Shown here piece by piece: positions 24,376 to 37,045 of a DNA stretch of 64,000 nt (positions are counted from its first letter, which is position 1; each line of letters opens with the position of its first letter). Source of the DNA: Phoronis australis (lineage: Eukaryota; Animalia; Phoronida). The notes below the pieces were generated by a model. The model was not told the origin of the DNA. It saw only the letters and a list, made by a program, of their open reading frames with translations, and ran no database searches. Made by a program: the position numbers and the translations under genes. Location of the stretch: NCBI GenBank assembly GCA_002633005.1, contig NMRA01000218.1, positions 205,113 through 269,112 of the forward strand, written 5' to 3'.

Positions 24376-25584
24376 TATGCTACTTCAAATTCCGCTTTCA
24401 ATGATCTTTTCAACGTTCCTATTCGGATTTGGTGCGTGTTTTCCTCAAAAAGTCTCAAAAATACCAAAAAAAAAAACAAAAAAAGAAAACACGCGTGTGT
24501 GTGCAACCCTCTTGAGAGATAATCACCGCTACGTGCATCAGTATTGGCAGTACACTAACCAAGACATACATGTGTATCATTTGTATTCGGAAACTGTATC
24601 GACAACTGTCTGAGTTAAAAATAGTTCCAAAAATATCACTAGGGGTTTCTGGAGCTCTTGCTTGTTTTTGGTACCGTAACGCTATTTTAGTACGCATTAG
24701 AAGAAAGTGTTCTCCAGACTCAAAACAACTGAAAAAATTCACACTCTCCTCGGAATTCATGCTAGGAAAATTACAAACTCAAAAATTGTGCTAGTTTAGC
24801 ACAGGGAGAAGACCTCCTCCCCAGCTCTCCATGAAAATTTTGTTCTTCCCCTAGTTTTGCCTGCACAACTGAAATCAGTAATAATCAATCATGTTCACAG
24901 GGTTATCAAACCACAAACTGCTGTTAAATGTCACCAAAACTAGTTAAATGCCATTCCTCTCGACAAGTAATACCTAAGCTTACTATGAACAATCAAACCT
25001 AACTGTCTTAAAACATATGGCTTTTTGTGTGCAAAATTTTGACTCTTTAACCTGGTAAAACATACGGTATTCTTCTGGTGTGAACAAAAATTTCACAAGC
25101 CTGGATCATTCTCACTAAATTCAATAATTACCTATTCCTATTCGCACTGACAACGATTTAGTAGTCCTTGATCCATACCAACTTTATTTTTGGTGTCGTG
25201 ATATGAGGGTATAAATATAGATTATTACATGACGAAGTCGTTCTCTCCCGTTATCTAGAGCCCGAGTGGATTTTGGAGAATTATCGCCCTAGCTTAAAAC
25301 ACATTTTATCACGCTACGCTTCGACCGGGAAATTATCGTCTGCTAAAGTAGGTTACCACTGGTAACTGAATATAATTCTCAAGTCAAAGATCCTGACGAC
25401 ACGATATCTGCATTCAAACTGTAGATCGGTGATTTACAAGTAAGAGGACATGAGAGAAAATTTTCACTGAATTAAGATATCATTTTTATGGAAATTATGT
25501 GTCTAATTTTTCGTAGCGTATAAGTACAGTACAATGCGGTTTGTTGCGAGTGCTCATTTCAGTATTCTATTTTCACTCTTGATG

Positions 25585-25660
25585 ACGCTGCATGGTGTAG
25601 TGGTAAAGTCGGGGACCAGCAATTTCAAGGTCCCGGGTTGACTCCGTCCTCGGTTTCCCG
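25585..25660 (+). mobile_element. Degenerate tRNA-derived SINE head
   Basis: A-box-like TGGTGTAGTGGTAA and B-box-like GGGTTGACTCC; no intact cloverleaf. Confidence 0.35.
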
Positions 25661-26567
25661 CCAAATCCCCGTTATCTCACTAGTGAGATAACTTTATGGG
25701 TTATTACACGGTTGTATCTGCCATTTGACGCTAATATTGTGGTTTAAAATGTCAGTAGATTACAACTTCTTGAGAAAGGACATTTAAAAATAAACACCAA
25801 TTTACACAACTTTGCCCATATGAATAGTCGAATTACTGTACCTCTACTTGAAGACGCTCTTAACATGTATCCTGCTGAAAAATAAAACATCACAAGTTTT
25901 CTAACTATCAATTTCCGCATTACTTTCAAAACAATTTCATTTGCTATCAAAAAGGAATCAATTGACCTATTAGAAATTTTCGTTCACCAAATCTCTCCGG
26001 AAACATTATTCTGCAATGTACAGTAATAAACCCGAGACTCCATCTTGGCACCTCACTGGTTACATTTTCACATTTCTATGGTCATAAACGAAAATAAAGC
26101 TGCCCTCTTCAGTTCTAGATAACATTAACACCCACACACCTGCTATTCAAACGTGTCCGCCTAAGAAATGACTCATTAAGCAGCTTCTGCAAGAATAGCA
26201 ACCGTGAATACTAATCGCATAATTACACAAACTTGCTACTCATTTATAAGGTATGCACACGTAAACGCACGCACTCACGAGCACACCTACACACCAAATT
26301 ACACAAATGTAAATATCACTTACTCATTAACAATTTATTCATTCTGTGAAGTGTTGATACATGTATGTAGCATCACTTTATTTTTTGCTAAGGTGCCAGG
26401 ATTATTTATGCATTTGGTAATGCTGCTGATCAAACCTCATGTCAATCTTTCAACATTCATGCACGCCCATAGTACATGTGTATAGATGTATAGATAATTA
26501 TCTCCTATTTTACTTGTGCATTGCTGTGGTTCTCAGTGTGTTTTTATTGTAGTTTAGTTGTTGTTCT

Positions 26568-27085
26568 TCCCCCCCCCCTCTCTCCCTCTCCCTCTCCCTC
26601 TCCCCNNNNNNNNNNNNNNNNNNNNNNNNNNNNNNNNNNNNNNNNNNNNNNNNNNNNNNNNNNNNNNNNNNNNNNNNNNNNNNNNNNNNNNNNNNNNNNN
26701 NNNNNNNNNNNNNNNNNNNNNNNNNNNNNNNNNNNNNNNNNNNNNNNNNNNNNNNNNNNNNNNNNNNNNNNNNNNNNNNNNNNNNNNNNNNNNNNNNNNN
26801 NNNNNNNNNNNNNNNNNNNNNNNNNNNNNNNNNNNNNNNNNNNNNNNNNNNNNNNNNNNNNNNNNNNNNNNNNNNNNNNNNNNNNNNNNNNNNNNNNNNN
26901 NNNNNNNNNNNNNNNNNNNNNNNNNNNNNNNNNNNNNNNNNNNNNNNNNNNNNNNNNNNNNNNNNNNNNNNNNNNNNNNNNNNNNNNNNNNNNNNNNNNN
27001 NNNNNNNNNNNNNNNNNNNNNNNNNNNNNNNNNNNNNNNNNNNNNNNNNNNNNNNNNNNNNNNNNNNNNNNNNNNNNNNNNNNNN

Positions 27086-27116
<31 letters not shown>

Positions 27117-27140
27117 CCTCCCTCTCCCCACTCCCCCTCT
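26568..27140. repeat. (CCCTCT)n/(CT)n microsatellite spanning assembly gap 26606-27085
   Basis: Read directly from the sequence. Confidence 0.9.
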
Positions 27141-27856
27141 CTTTCACTCTCACAATTTCAGGATTAGACCTCTGTGACACATGTTAACGACGTACCTTTG
27201 CGTTTGTAAATTTACACGCACGTAAATGCAAATTTGCACATCTACATGCTAAGAATTTTACACTGACACTTGGCCTACCTCAAAATCCAGCTGCTGCCTG
27301 GTGGTTTCGAACTAGCCCTCTTATGTTTCACACCCCGCATAATTATTGAGGAATATGACATGGAAACGTTATAACAACGTTTTATATTGTAAAAGCCCCA
27401 TTTCTTCTCAAATTTTCAAAATTCAAAGATGATATGGTATTAAAAATGTTTAAAAAAGAAAAAAAAATTAAAAATACTACTGTCGCCCCAGTGCGTTTAT
27501 TGATGTGTCTCATTATCTAGAGGACGATGACATCAACAGCCTGAGGCGACGTCATTAGCTACAACGGCTTGGTGTCTGTAATCATTGTCGGCAGATTTCG
27601 AGGTACGCAAACCGGTCGAGTTGTCCAATCTCTACCGGTGAGGGTGTCGACGTTTGATTCTTTTCGTGCAGTGGCAGTGTTAATTTTCATTCGTGAGTTG
27701 ACGTAAGGTGCATGTAGCTTGCTCGGACTGCGAAAAGCAAGTGTGTAGTTGCTGTAAACCCAGGCACACCAAGTTCTCAGAGCCCTAACCCAAAAGGCTT
27801 TTTCTTCTCAAAGTTGGTATCGTCTTTCAGGTAGACATTTACATAGTGGCCACCTG

Positions 27857-28024
27857 ATGATGCCATCTTCAGTCGCAGCGCTGTTCGCAATCTCTTTGCT
27901 TTGCGTTCATTGCAACGCCGATGATTTCAACTACGCGGCTCTGATTGATGCGGGCACAACAGGTAGTCGCATGCACGTGTACAGATGGAAGAAGCAGGTT
28001 AACGCCAGCCACGGCGTCCCAAGC
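27857..28024 (+). CDS. ENTPD: NTPDase paralog 1 exon 1: signal peptide + ACR1 (IDAGTTGSRMHVY)
   Basis: ATG, hydrophobic leader ending CNA|DD, apyrase conserved region 1, AGC|GTGAGT donor; a candidate acceptor at 27830 suggests a 5' UTR intron. Confidence 0.93.
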
Positions 28025-29769
28025 GTGAGTTTGCATTGCGATTGTGTTAATACGGAAGCAAATATCATGTGACTTTTATACATAAAAAGCTACCTACAGA
28101 TTTTTGATCTTTAAAGAGATGGGTTAATTAACCTGTTCAGGTTAATCTTGATAACTCTCTGCTGAGTACTGTGCCGGCGAGTGCATGGTTCTACTCATAC
28201 TTCGTAAGATGGCACCAGCCTTGGTGTTACGGCTAAACAAATCTGGGCAGTTACAACGGTTCCCTTGGGCAAGTGATTACGCAAGTTGATGATTACCCCA
28301 ACTTATATAATTAGCATCTTGAATTAATCATCGTAGTCACCCTGTCTCATATTTGTTCACACACAGCAATTAGCAGCATTAAGACGGTTTGTTTGTGCAT
28401 CGCAAAATGTCCATGCGGCTTTTCGCCTCTGGTCGCCCACGGTTCGTCTCACCTAGAACTGTCGAGCAATAAGTCGTTGGAGTTGACGACATTTCAGTCT
28501 TGATTCGGGCTCAAAAGTAGTTAGGCAAAGAGGCTACAAAAATTGAGGCAGGGGAAATTATTAGAAGCAGAAATGTTCGCTTTTGCATTGTTTTATGCCC
28601 GACATTACAAAATAATGTCAAGCTCTTTTCCGCTGAAAATTATTTTTCATAGCTTTTAGCAGTTTTATAAACATCGATTTCTCCTGAGTGCGTGAGTCGA
28701 GTCGCATGATATTTTGCGCACTCATTTTATGGTAGTGGACCACGCGAATGGTGTCCAAGACATCTTATTTCGGTCAAACTAATGATAACATTTTACTCAC
28801 TTATTGAGCCGATTCGCATGACATTTCACTCACATATTTTATGGTCCAGTGCCGGGCACATTGTATCTCAGACTTCATTCCCCGTGACAGCGAAGTTATG
28901 TATTATGTCGTTTAGAATTACCAAACATCAGTTGAATGTCACTCGTAAATGCCAAAATGACGTAATGTTAGCGTATGTCATTTGAATGATTAAAGAAAAC
29001 AAGACGTGTTGTAGTTAGTGGAACTGTATAGCGCTTAAAGCAAGTTTTAGAACAGATCACTCGATGGAAAACGCTAAAGTTTAAATTTTGTGTTCCACAG
29101 AAGAAAAAACATTTTGGAAATTTGATAATTCCTTCTTGAATAATTCGGAATATGTAACGGTTGTAAAACAAGTTATAAAGCGTGTTAAACTACAATATAA
29201 CTAGTATTATCCTTTCTCCCACGCGCGTTGAATCTGTCGAGGGAAATACGGCCATGTAATAAACTTTTCCGTATTCACTTCCCGCACTACTTCAATAGCG
29301 AACTCTGACATAGAAAGTTCAAAAGGTAGGTCAATGTAAACTCGACGTCTTCAGCCGATTCGATCATCAAACTTTCCGAACATAGTTTAAAGTAACACAG
29401 TTGCAATAGTGTAACTAACACTCGACATGCAACCAGGCCCTAAACGTAAAATCTGGAAAAACTGTTAATTATAAGACACTTTCTCCCAGTTTTCAATTGC
29501 TGAATACTATATCGTCTGCAACTCAGGCGGCGCCGATTCGTAGAAAATTAAAATATCAAAAATTGTTTTTTTTAACTATTTCCAGGAAATGTTACAAGTT
29601 CACTGCTCAGCAGCCTTTTGTTTTCATCTTTTCTACCTCTTTTCAAGAAATAAATCTTTACTTTTAAAACTGTTTCTTTTTCAAGAGAAAACGTGCAACC
29701 TAACGCGCAAGTAGGATGTGATCCGCCATGTGAACAGTCTGGGTGAAGTATTTGAAAAATCTGCCGAAA

Positions 29770-30532
29770 ATGTAAGAATGGATGTTTTAGGTATCAAAAC
29801 GAACTTTATGGAGTATAATGGTCTAATTTCAGTGGCATTTAAGTACCAACAGAAATGTGGTATTGATAGAGTTGCTAGTTTTGATGCGTATTGTCCTGTT
29901 ATGGCAATGATGTTAATGAAACTGAAAAGTGGTGGGAGAGGGTGTCAACATATCTGTACACAATTAAATTATAGTTCCGAAGTCTCAAAACCGGAGTCAA
30001 AATGGGCCAAAGAATTGAACGTAAATAAAAATAATTTTTATGGGAAGATGTTTATTCCCTTCTATATAACACAGCAAGAATTAGATGCTTCAATACAGAC
30101 TCTTGACGAGGATTATGACAACTAAATCATATTTAAAAATAATTCAAGTTACGGATGACGACGCTTGTTCCTTTTGTGGACAATCGAAAGAGACTTTGAA
30201 ACACTTATTTTGGGAATGTGAAATACAGTACTGTAGTAAGTTCATTTTGGACAAAAGTTAATAATGAAATCTTAAACGAAGTAAATCCCCAGTGTGTCGG
30301 TTCTCTCTCCTGCAACAATGTTCGTTTTGGCTTTTTTGATAAAAATGAAACTTTTAAAAACACTGTCTTATTATTGGGTAAACTGTTTATTGGTACCCAA
30401 AAGTTCCGATGAAAAAGATTACTTCTAAGTAGATTTTTTAACTCCATCAAACAATATTATATGGTTGTAAGAAAAGATGGTGTAATTTTGAAACTGTTTT
30501 TCTTAGTAGTCAAGAGGATTAGGTGTGGGGTA

Positions 30533-30576
<44 letters not shown>

Positions 30577-30667
30577 CGTGTGTGTTTGTGTGTGTGTACG
30601 TGTCTGTGTTATTCTTGTCTTTTTGTGTTATCGTAAATGTGCTCATTGTTAATAAATGTATAAAAAG
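29770..30667 (+). mobile_element. 5'-truncated non-LTR retrotransposon (L1/Tx1-type ORF2 C-terminal zinc-knuckle region) in NTPDase intron 1
   Basis: QYRLLTRIMTTKSYLKIIQVTDDDACSFCGQSKETLKHLFWECE..SSFWTKV...LLLGKLFI; frameshifted; followed by (TG)n and AATAAA. Confidence 0.8.
30533..30600. repeat. (TG)n microsatellite
   Basis: Read directly from the sequence. Confidence 0.95.
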
Positions 30668-31414
30668 TTTTCGGAAATGCTTTTGTACCAAGCAATTTTA
30701 TTTCGACGTTTTACATTTCATTTACATGTGCAATTAAGAGTGTAGAATGTGTCATTGTTGATAAAAATATCGTCTGAGGAATTTCAACAAGCACATTATT
30801 TTAAACACCGTTGGTCACATTAAACGAGCGAAATGGATCAAGAAAACAGTAAACACAAGTTTAAAAAAAAACAGCTCGCTACCTTTAATTACAAATACCT
30901 GGATGGTTTTGATGTTTATTCTAAACACCTGCAGCCGATTTCATAAAGGTGGTTTAAAGTTAAACCAGGTTTAAACTGGACTTAGACCAGGTTTAATGAT
31001 AATCTGCATTTCATAAAGGTGGTTTAACTTTTAGACCAGTGGTCTTGTAAAACCTGGTTTAACTCCAGTTTAGACCTGGTCTAAGTCAGTTTTCATTTCA
31101 CCAACGAGGTCTATATTCTTTAGACCTGTATTAAGATCTNGTATAAAAAGTTTTCGGAAATGCTTTTGTACCAAGCAATTTTATTTCGACGTTTTACATT
31201 TCATTTACATGTGCAATTAAGAGTGTAGAATGTGTCATTGTTGATAAAAATATCGTCTGAGGAATTTCAACAAGCACATTATTTTAAACACTGTTGGTCA
31301 CATTAAACGAGCGAAATGGATCAAGAAAACAGTAAACACAAGTTTAAAAAAAAACAGCTCGCTACCTTTAATTACAAATACCTGGATGGTTTTGATGTTT
31401 ATTCTAAACACCTG
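30658..31414 (+). repeat. 274-bp near-identical duplication (30658-30931 vs 31141-31414) around a contig join, with a MITE fragment (30932-31139) after the first copy only
   Basis: Single N at 31140; the insert starts CAGCCGATTTCATAAAGGTGG after CTG and has internal AAACCAGGTTT palindromes. Confidence 0.8.
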
Positions 31415-33701
31415 GTGTCTAGCGGACGACTTGGCTATCTGACTTGGTCGCAGCGCTATCTAAAGGATTAGGTTCTGAAAATACATCATGTTGAATCCTA
31501 AACCGAAGCGCTGTGGGCTTAAAAACGATGGCAGACTTATTTGATCCTGAATTGTTGCCAAAGTCGGCAACCCAAGCCACACGCAATGCGTGTATGCGTC
31601 ATTTTCGAGTTCACAATTTTAAAGGCGTATGGAATGCGAAAGCTTGTCAAAAACAGCTTTTAAACAATTCCTATCGAAAGTCACCATCTCGCAACGTCTA
31701 GAACAGAGTAGTCCACTTTCGACTTCACGATTTTTGAAATACACTCGAAGAAAAACTCTGTGGTTACCACCGAGTTTCTAATCTCCCTCCCACTTACGAT
31801 GAATGCGTGCATGCGCTCACAATTAGATGCTTGGAGTCGCTTGAGGTCAAAGGTTGCATATTCCACATGTGCTACGTCTATGTCTTGCCATACCAAATAA
31901 GGAGACGTTCTTTGCCTTGTAGGAGAAAAATAGACGAAGTGGCGAACAGTTGACAGAATCTGATGTTTTTTTTAATTTGAAGCTAAAAGAAAATGGTTTG
32001 ATATGAATAGAAAAATTAAAAATCTTCACGAACAAACCCTAAAAATACTTAGTGACCATGATGAATTTTGTTTCAGTACCAGAGAATCACCTTCAAAATT
32101 GCAATTTAGTCTGTTTATCGAGTTCTAGGCCACTTTAAGGTTGGTCAACCTCAATTACTGTAATTCTAAAGTGTTCTTGAAGCACTGATAGCCTTGACGT
32201 TGTTTTGGGTAACGGACATCGGAATTACCAGCTAGCATTGCGGGGCCTATCAAAATTTTTAGACGTGTCAATTGACAACAAAGTTCACTTATGATTGCAA
32301 ATAAATACACGAAATGTTCTTGTTATAGCATTGTCTTTTGATCGGTTAAACCAATACGTAATACCACCAAGTCGGGGTTAACATACATGTAGCCAAGGGT
32401 GTCTGTATTTAAATAAAAGAGTTGAAACGTTCAACAAGGCGACAAACTTAGCTTACCAATTTACTGTACCACTATTATGGTTTATTATCCAGTAACTGAA
32501 ATGAAAATGAAATTTAGCACACTAATCATGGGTTCAACCACAAAATCGATCTCTTATTCATGTCCAATTTCCATATGTCTTCAAAAATTAAGGAAACATG
32601 TTAATTAAACTTCACAGAGAAGTACAACCTGTTTAAATATTCAGAGCTTGGGATTTTCTTCTTTGAAGTGGATTTCCTCCTTTTTGGTTTCGAGTTCCTC
32701 TTATTTGACTTTCGGTTTCTTCTGAATCGGCTCTTTTTATTATTATTTTGAGTTTATTCTTGCAATAACTTTATTTCAGTTAAATTTTACAACACAAAAA
32801 TGTTTCTGTCACACAAGCCTATTTATTTGTGGAACGATACATCACCTGGCAAATTTTTGTCTTTTTGTCATTGGCCGTTCCAAGCCCTGGATATTTCATT
32901 TGATAATACAGGACATTAAAATAATGAAGCACAATTAAGATACATTAGTGAGTGTGATAGGATATTCAGAAGCAACGTGCTTACGTTATGTGCAGACAGA
33001 CAACCTACATTTAGCTATGACAGCTTTTTGAAAAACGCCAAGGCCATCGTAAATATGCTCGGTTCTGAAACAATTCATTTAGTTTCATTTTTAAAGTTTT
33101 TGGTAATTCATAAACACTTATGTGCCGTCATGGTAACCCAGATGCTGCGAGTGTCATTTGCGACAATCGTGGAATACTATTGAAGAGCACTTTACAGCAC
33201 CTTAAAATCGCACCTGCGCGCCTTAACTTTAGGTGGCTTCCAGTTAGTCACCCCTTGGATTTATGTCATGGAAAGTCACAAAATTCACTTTCTATGAAAT
33301 ACGTAAGACAGAAGTTTGGTTTAACACTCTCACTTCACAACTGCTCAATACAAGTTCAGCAATCGCACGTAATCAGTACATGACAGTTAGTGACCAGCAG
33401 TCACGTATATTCTCAGAGACTTTGCACTTCCGCTGAAGTGAGATTTATTTACTTTTCAGAAATAGTTGTGCGGGCGCTGACCAAAGGCCAGTTTCATGAA
33501 AGGTGAGCTAAGACTTTCAGTCAGAAATTTGGTCCTAACGCTCCCTTCAAATATATATTTCCAAAAAATAATCAAATCTCACTCCAACAAGAGCACGAGA
33601 TTCTCTAAGAATATACCCGTGACTGCTAGTTACTGAGATAATCTTTTATAAATAATTCTACATGTGCATGTAGGCTTTAATGTGCATGTAGATGACTAAA
33701 C

Positions 33702-33887
33702 CAGTGGCGGATTTAAGGAGACCAATATGGGGCCATGGCACCCTCTAAAATTCTCCTAGATGTCGTTTGGCAGTATTAGTGTACGAATGTCTGACGGGTA
33801 AATCCTGGCTAATACCAAAGATTTTATAGTATCGTTGCTAATACTGTGCCCGTGCCCCTCTAAATCAAAATCCTGGATCCGCTCCCG
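33702..33887. mobile_element. hAT-like MITE (CAGTGGCGGAT terminus); paralogous copy ~57159-57319, related ends at ~43760-43809 and 46701
   Basis: CAGTGGCGGATTTAAGG ... CCTGGATCCGCTCC termini; G/C-run interior. Confidence 0.55.
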
Positions 33888-34088
33888 TAAACCCCTTGAT
33901 TCAGTAATTGTGAAGTGTGAGCGTAACACCAAATTTCTGACTAAGTCTTTGCAATTTTCAGGGAACGTACCCCTAATACCTGACCGTCTGAACTCGTTAA
34001 GTCAATCTTCATGGAACATCACCCAGAAGTGGCACAGATATGTACATGCAGCGGCTCGAGTTACGAAAAGTAATGTGATACATTGCAG

Positions 34089-34251
34089 GTGAATGAAATT
34101 AAAAATTTGAAGAAGAAGCCAGGCATCAGTACGTTAGCGGACAACCCGGAGAAAGTGGCCAGCCACTTAAAGCCTCTTGTCAACCTAGCTCGTGACAGCG
34201 TGCCATCAGATAGGCATGAAGACACACCCATTTACTTAATGGCAACCGCTG
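34089..34251 (+). CDS. ENTPD: NTPDase paralog 1 exon 2 (KKPGIS...TPIYLMATAG, ACR2)
   Basis: ttgcAG / G|GTGAGC; PGIS and ATAG motifs; phase 0-1. Confidence 0.95.
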
Positions 34252-34567
34252 GTGAGCAAGTTTGCTTTCAAAACCCTATTAACTTCCCTACTAAGAACAA
34301 AGTCCTGAGTTCCGGTCAAGTATTTAATTATGATAACAGAAATGTCATTAGCCATAAAGAAGCTCATAAAGAAGATAAAATGATAGGAAAAGGTTATATC
34401 TGTGAATAAAGAACGACACAAATACACAAAAGATTTAGGGAGCGCAGTTGAATCCTTACATTGTATTTGAAACTGTTTCTTACAACCCGTCAATGGGTGG
34501 CCTGTTTTTTGCAAAGTAACTTCAGGCTGAGTCGGAAATATTTTGCCGATATTAGTTTTACTTCAGT

Positions 34568-35023
34568 AGGAAGCTAACGGCGCAACTGCGCAACTGATAA
34601 CGATGTTTATGATCATCATTTTGAATGAATAGCTTAAAAATCATCACTCCACAATAATAATCAACTTTACATCAAAGTGCTTAATACAAGTGACGCGTGA
34701 AGCCTTACACATCAATTGGCTACGTGATGAGTCTATCTTGAAGAGGAACGTACATGGACGGCGCACCAAAGGGGGGGGGGGCTGGGGGTCTTTCGCCCCA
34801 CTTTTTTCAATGCTGCGCAGGCCCATGACAGGGGATTTCAACCTTCAGTTGTGGTAGCTTGTAGTTGTGTTCATTTCAATAGGTGTCTCTCTGCTTGTCA
34901 CTTGTATTATATGCACTTTGATGTAAAGTTGATTGTTATTGTGAAGAGACGTAGGGCATGACTCATAAGTGATGAAAGAATGTTGATCATAAACATCGTT
35001 TTTATTTGCGTAGTTAGCTTCCT
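34568..35023. mobile_element. Foldback/MITE with ~125 bp imperfect TIRs, specific to paralog 1 intron 2
   Basis: AGGAAGCTAAC...AATCAACTTTACATCAAAGTGC is mirrored by GCACTTTGATGTAAAGTTGATT...GTTAGCTTCCT. Confidence 0.75.
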
Positions 35024-35253
35024 GTTAAATATTATGACATATGCCCCACACAGCTATTTCCGGAATAGTAGATGAATTCAGTAAAGTAAAGTAAATATAA
35101 CGTACATGTATGTTGGAACATAGCCAGCCTTAAAACATTATTGACATACGACATTGAATATTGCTCAGTTGTGATGCCTAAGAGTAAATTTTAAAAAACT
35201 TTATTTTCAGTAATTCCGAAAGAGTAGCGTAAGACGAAATTTCGGACTTCAGT

Positions 35254-35665
35254 GCCGGTTGCATGAAACAGTCCCAAACACAGACTTGACTATGTCCCCA
35301 ACTTTTCAATATATTGTTGGACTTGCGTAAGCACTGATTTTTCTTTCTAATGCTGTTTTATGTTCAATTCTAAGTCAATTTTAGCCTTGATACTCACCGA
35401 GAGTAAAATCCACCTTGAATTTTATATATTGAAAATAAACAGGGACCTTTCCATGCAAACCCCCAATTTAAGGACTAAATCTTTTCTTAGTTTCATTGAA
35501 ATAAAAAATCTATTTTCAAAAGTAAATTGCCATTAGCCAAAGTGGAGCTGGTAATGAAGATAAATAGACAAAAACATAGCATTTTGAGTAAACAAAGACA
35601 AAACCACGTCGAAAATTTAAGGAACTAAATTAAGATCATATTTAGAAATGTTTCATGCAACCGCC
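35254..35665. mobile_element. MITE with 15-bp TIR CGGTTGCATGAAACA (Harbinger-like); inverted, degraded copy in paralog 2 at ~58030-58457
   Basis: TIRs at 35256-35270 and 35649-35663. Confidence 0.6.
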
Positions 35666-36858
35666 GAGAGAAGACTTCTATTCACTTTAAGAAGTAGACC
35701 TCTACCTGACCTTAGTTGAATGACGTGTATCTATAAGTGAACATTCCACTATTCAAAGATAGACATCATCTGTCCATGCTATCAGCAAATACGTCTATAT
35801 CAATCATTTAAGTACAGGTTCAAAAATACTTTTGACCTCACTGAGAAAATGCTTCCCCAATATAGAAAAATTGTTTAACTCTAAAACCAGGTCAGGTCAA
35901 AACAAAATACATGGCTAACTTATTTAAAGATTTCTGTCTACAGACTCGTCATTACGGTCGCCAGATTTGTACTTATTTTCATGCGCGCACCCTGGGGGTG
36001 GGGGGGGGGGGGCTGGAAGTAGCCCTCATTTGGCGAAGTGGACAAAAAGGTCCTCCTACGAGAAACAGAAAGTCCAAGAAAACGAAGCGAGGCACTAAAA
36101 AGGTGCAGACGCATATTTCACAGTCCTGAAGGTGGTACCCCGTTTTTTAGCCCTCCCGCTTTTTTGTCAGGAAAACGTCCACTACACCAGAAATTCGAGC
36201 CCACTAATATAAATGCTGGGTGCGCGCATGATTTTTAATTCAATTACTACCTTTAAAGTTACTGTTAAAAAGTGGCTTGAATTTACTTAACCTTTCATAC
36301 CCTGCCTGTCTTAATCATGTCATTTTTCATTGTCGTAAATACGCTCATTGTCTAGAGTCATCTCTTAATTTATTTCATCTGTCTTAGTTAATTTTTTACC
36401 ATTATTTGTCATTTAGTTATTGTCTTAATTCTCAATCTTAACTGTTTTAATTGTATCTTTGTTACGTATATTTCATTGTTGTTTTATTACTTCATTGTAT
36501 TATATTACTGTTTTTCTTGTTGAGGGCCCTCTTGGAAAGCAGTGCTATCACTGAACAGGCCACCCTCATTTTAAATATCACAATAATAAATAAATAAATA
36601 AATAAATAAATAAAATGACGTAAACAAATCAACAAGAGTTCACTATCGCTTTGCAACAAAGCCGAAAATATCTTAGTAGTGAAACTAAGCAGCATTTAAG
36701 AAAGGATAGTGTGTGATTTCACGAGTCCTGCAATGTAAGGTCGAATTTTACATGAAGAACTAGTCCCTATTTGGGACAGTTTCATTCAACCGGACACAGA
36801 ATCTTTTGAAAGTATGGTAACACACTGTGTTCACGAAAAATTTGCACCTCTTTTGCAG

Positions 36859-37045
36859 GAGTGCGATTACTGCCTCGTTTGAAAAGGAGCAGGTTATTTG
36901 AAAAAATACACGCCTTCTTTGAGAATCCGACCATGTCACCATTTTCCTACTCTCGAGCCAATTCGCACGTGTTATCAGGGGAAGAGGAAGGAGTTTTCAG
37001 CTGGGTTGCGGTTAACTACAACCTTGGATTTTTCACGAATGCCAG
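36859..37045 (+). CDS. ENTPD: NTPDase paralog 1 exon 3 (GVRLL...VLSGEEEGVFSWVAVNY, ACR3 catalytic Glu)
   Basis: ttttgcAG / AG|GTTTAC; phase 1-2; ACR3 motif SGxEEG..W...NY. Confidence 0.95.

Noticed and set aside
25585-25660. Functional tRNA gene (also the loop at 11215-11255)
   Set aside because: Only A/B-box-like remnants; acceptor and anticodon stems cannot be formed.
27540-27830. 5' non-coding exon/promoter of the NTPDases
   Set aside because: The region is homologous between paralogs, but candidate donor sites are not conserved, so boundaries cannot be assigned without transcripts.
30461-30737. Cys/Val- or His/Thr-rich ORFs (also 50027-50386)
   Set aside because: Translations of (TG)n/(CA)n microsatellites.
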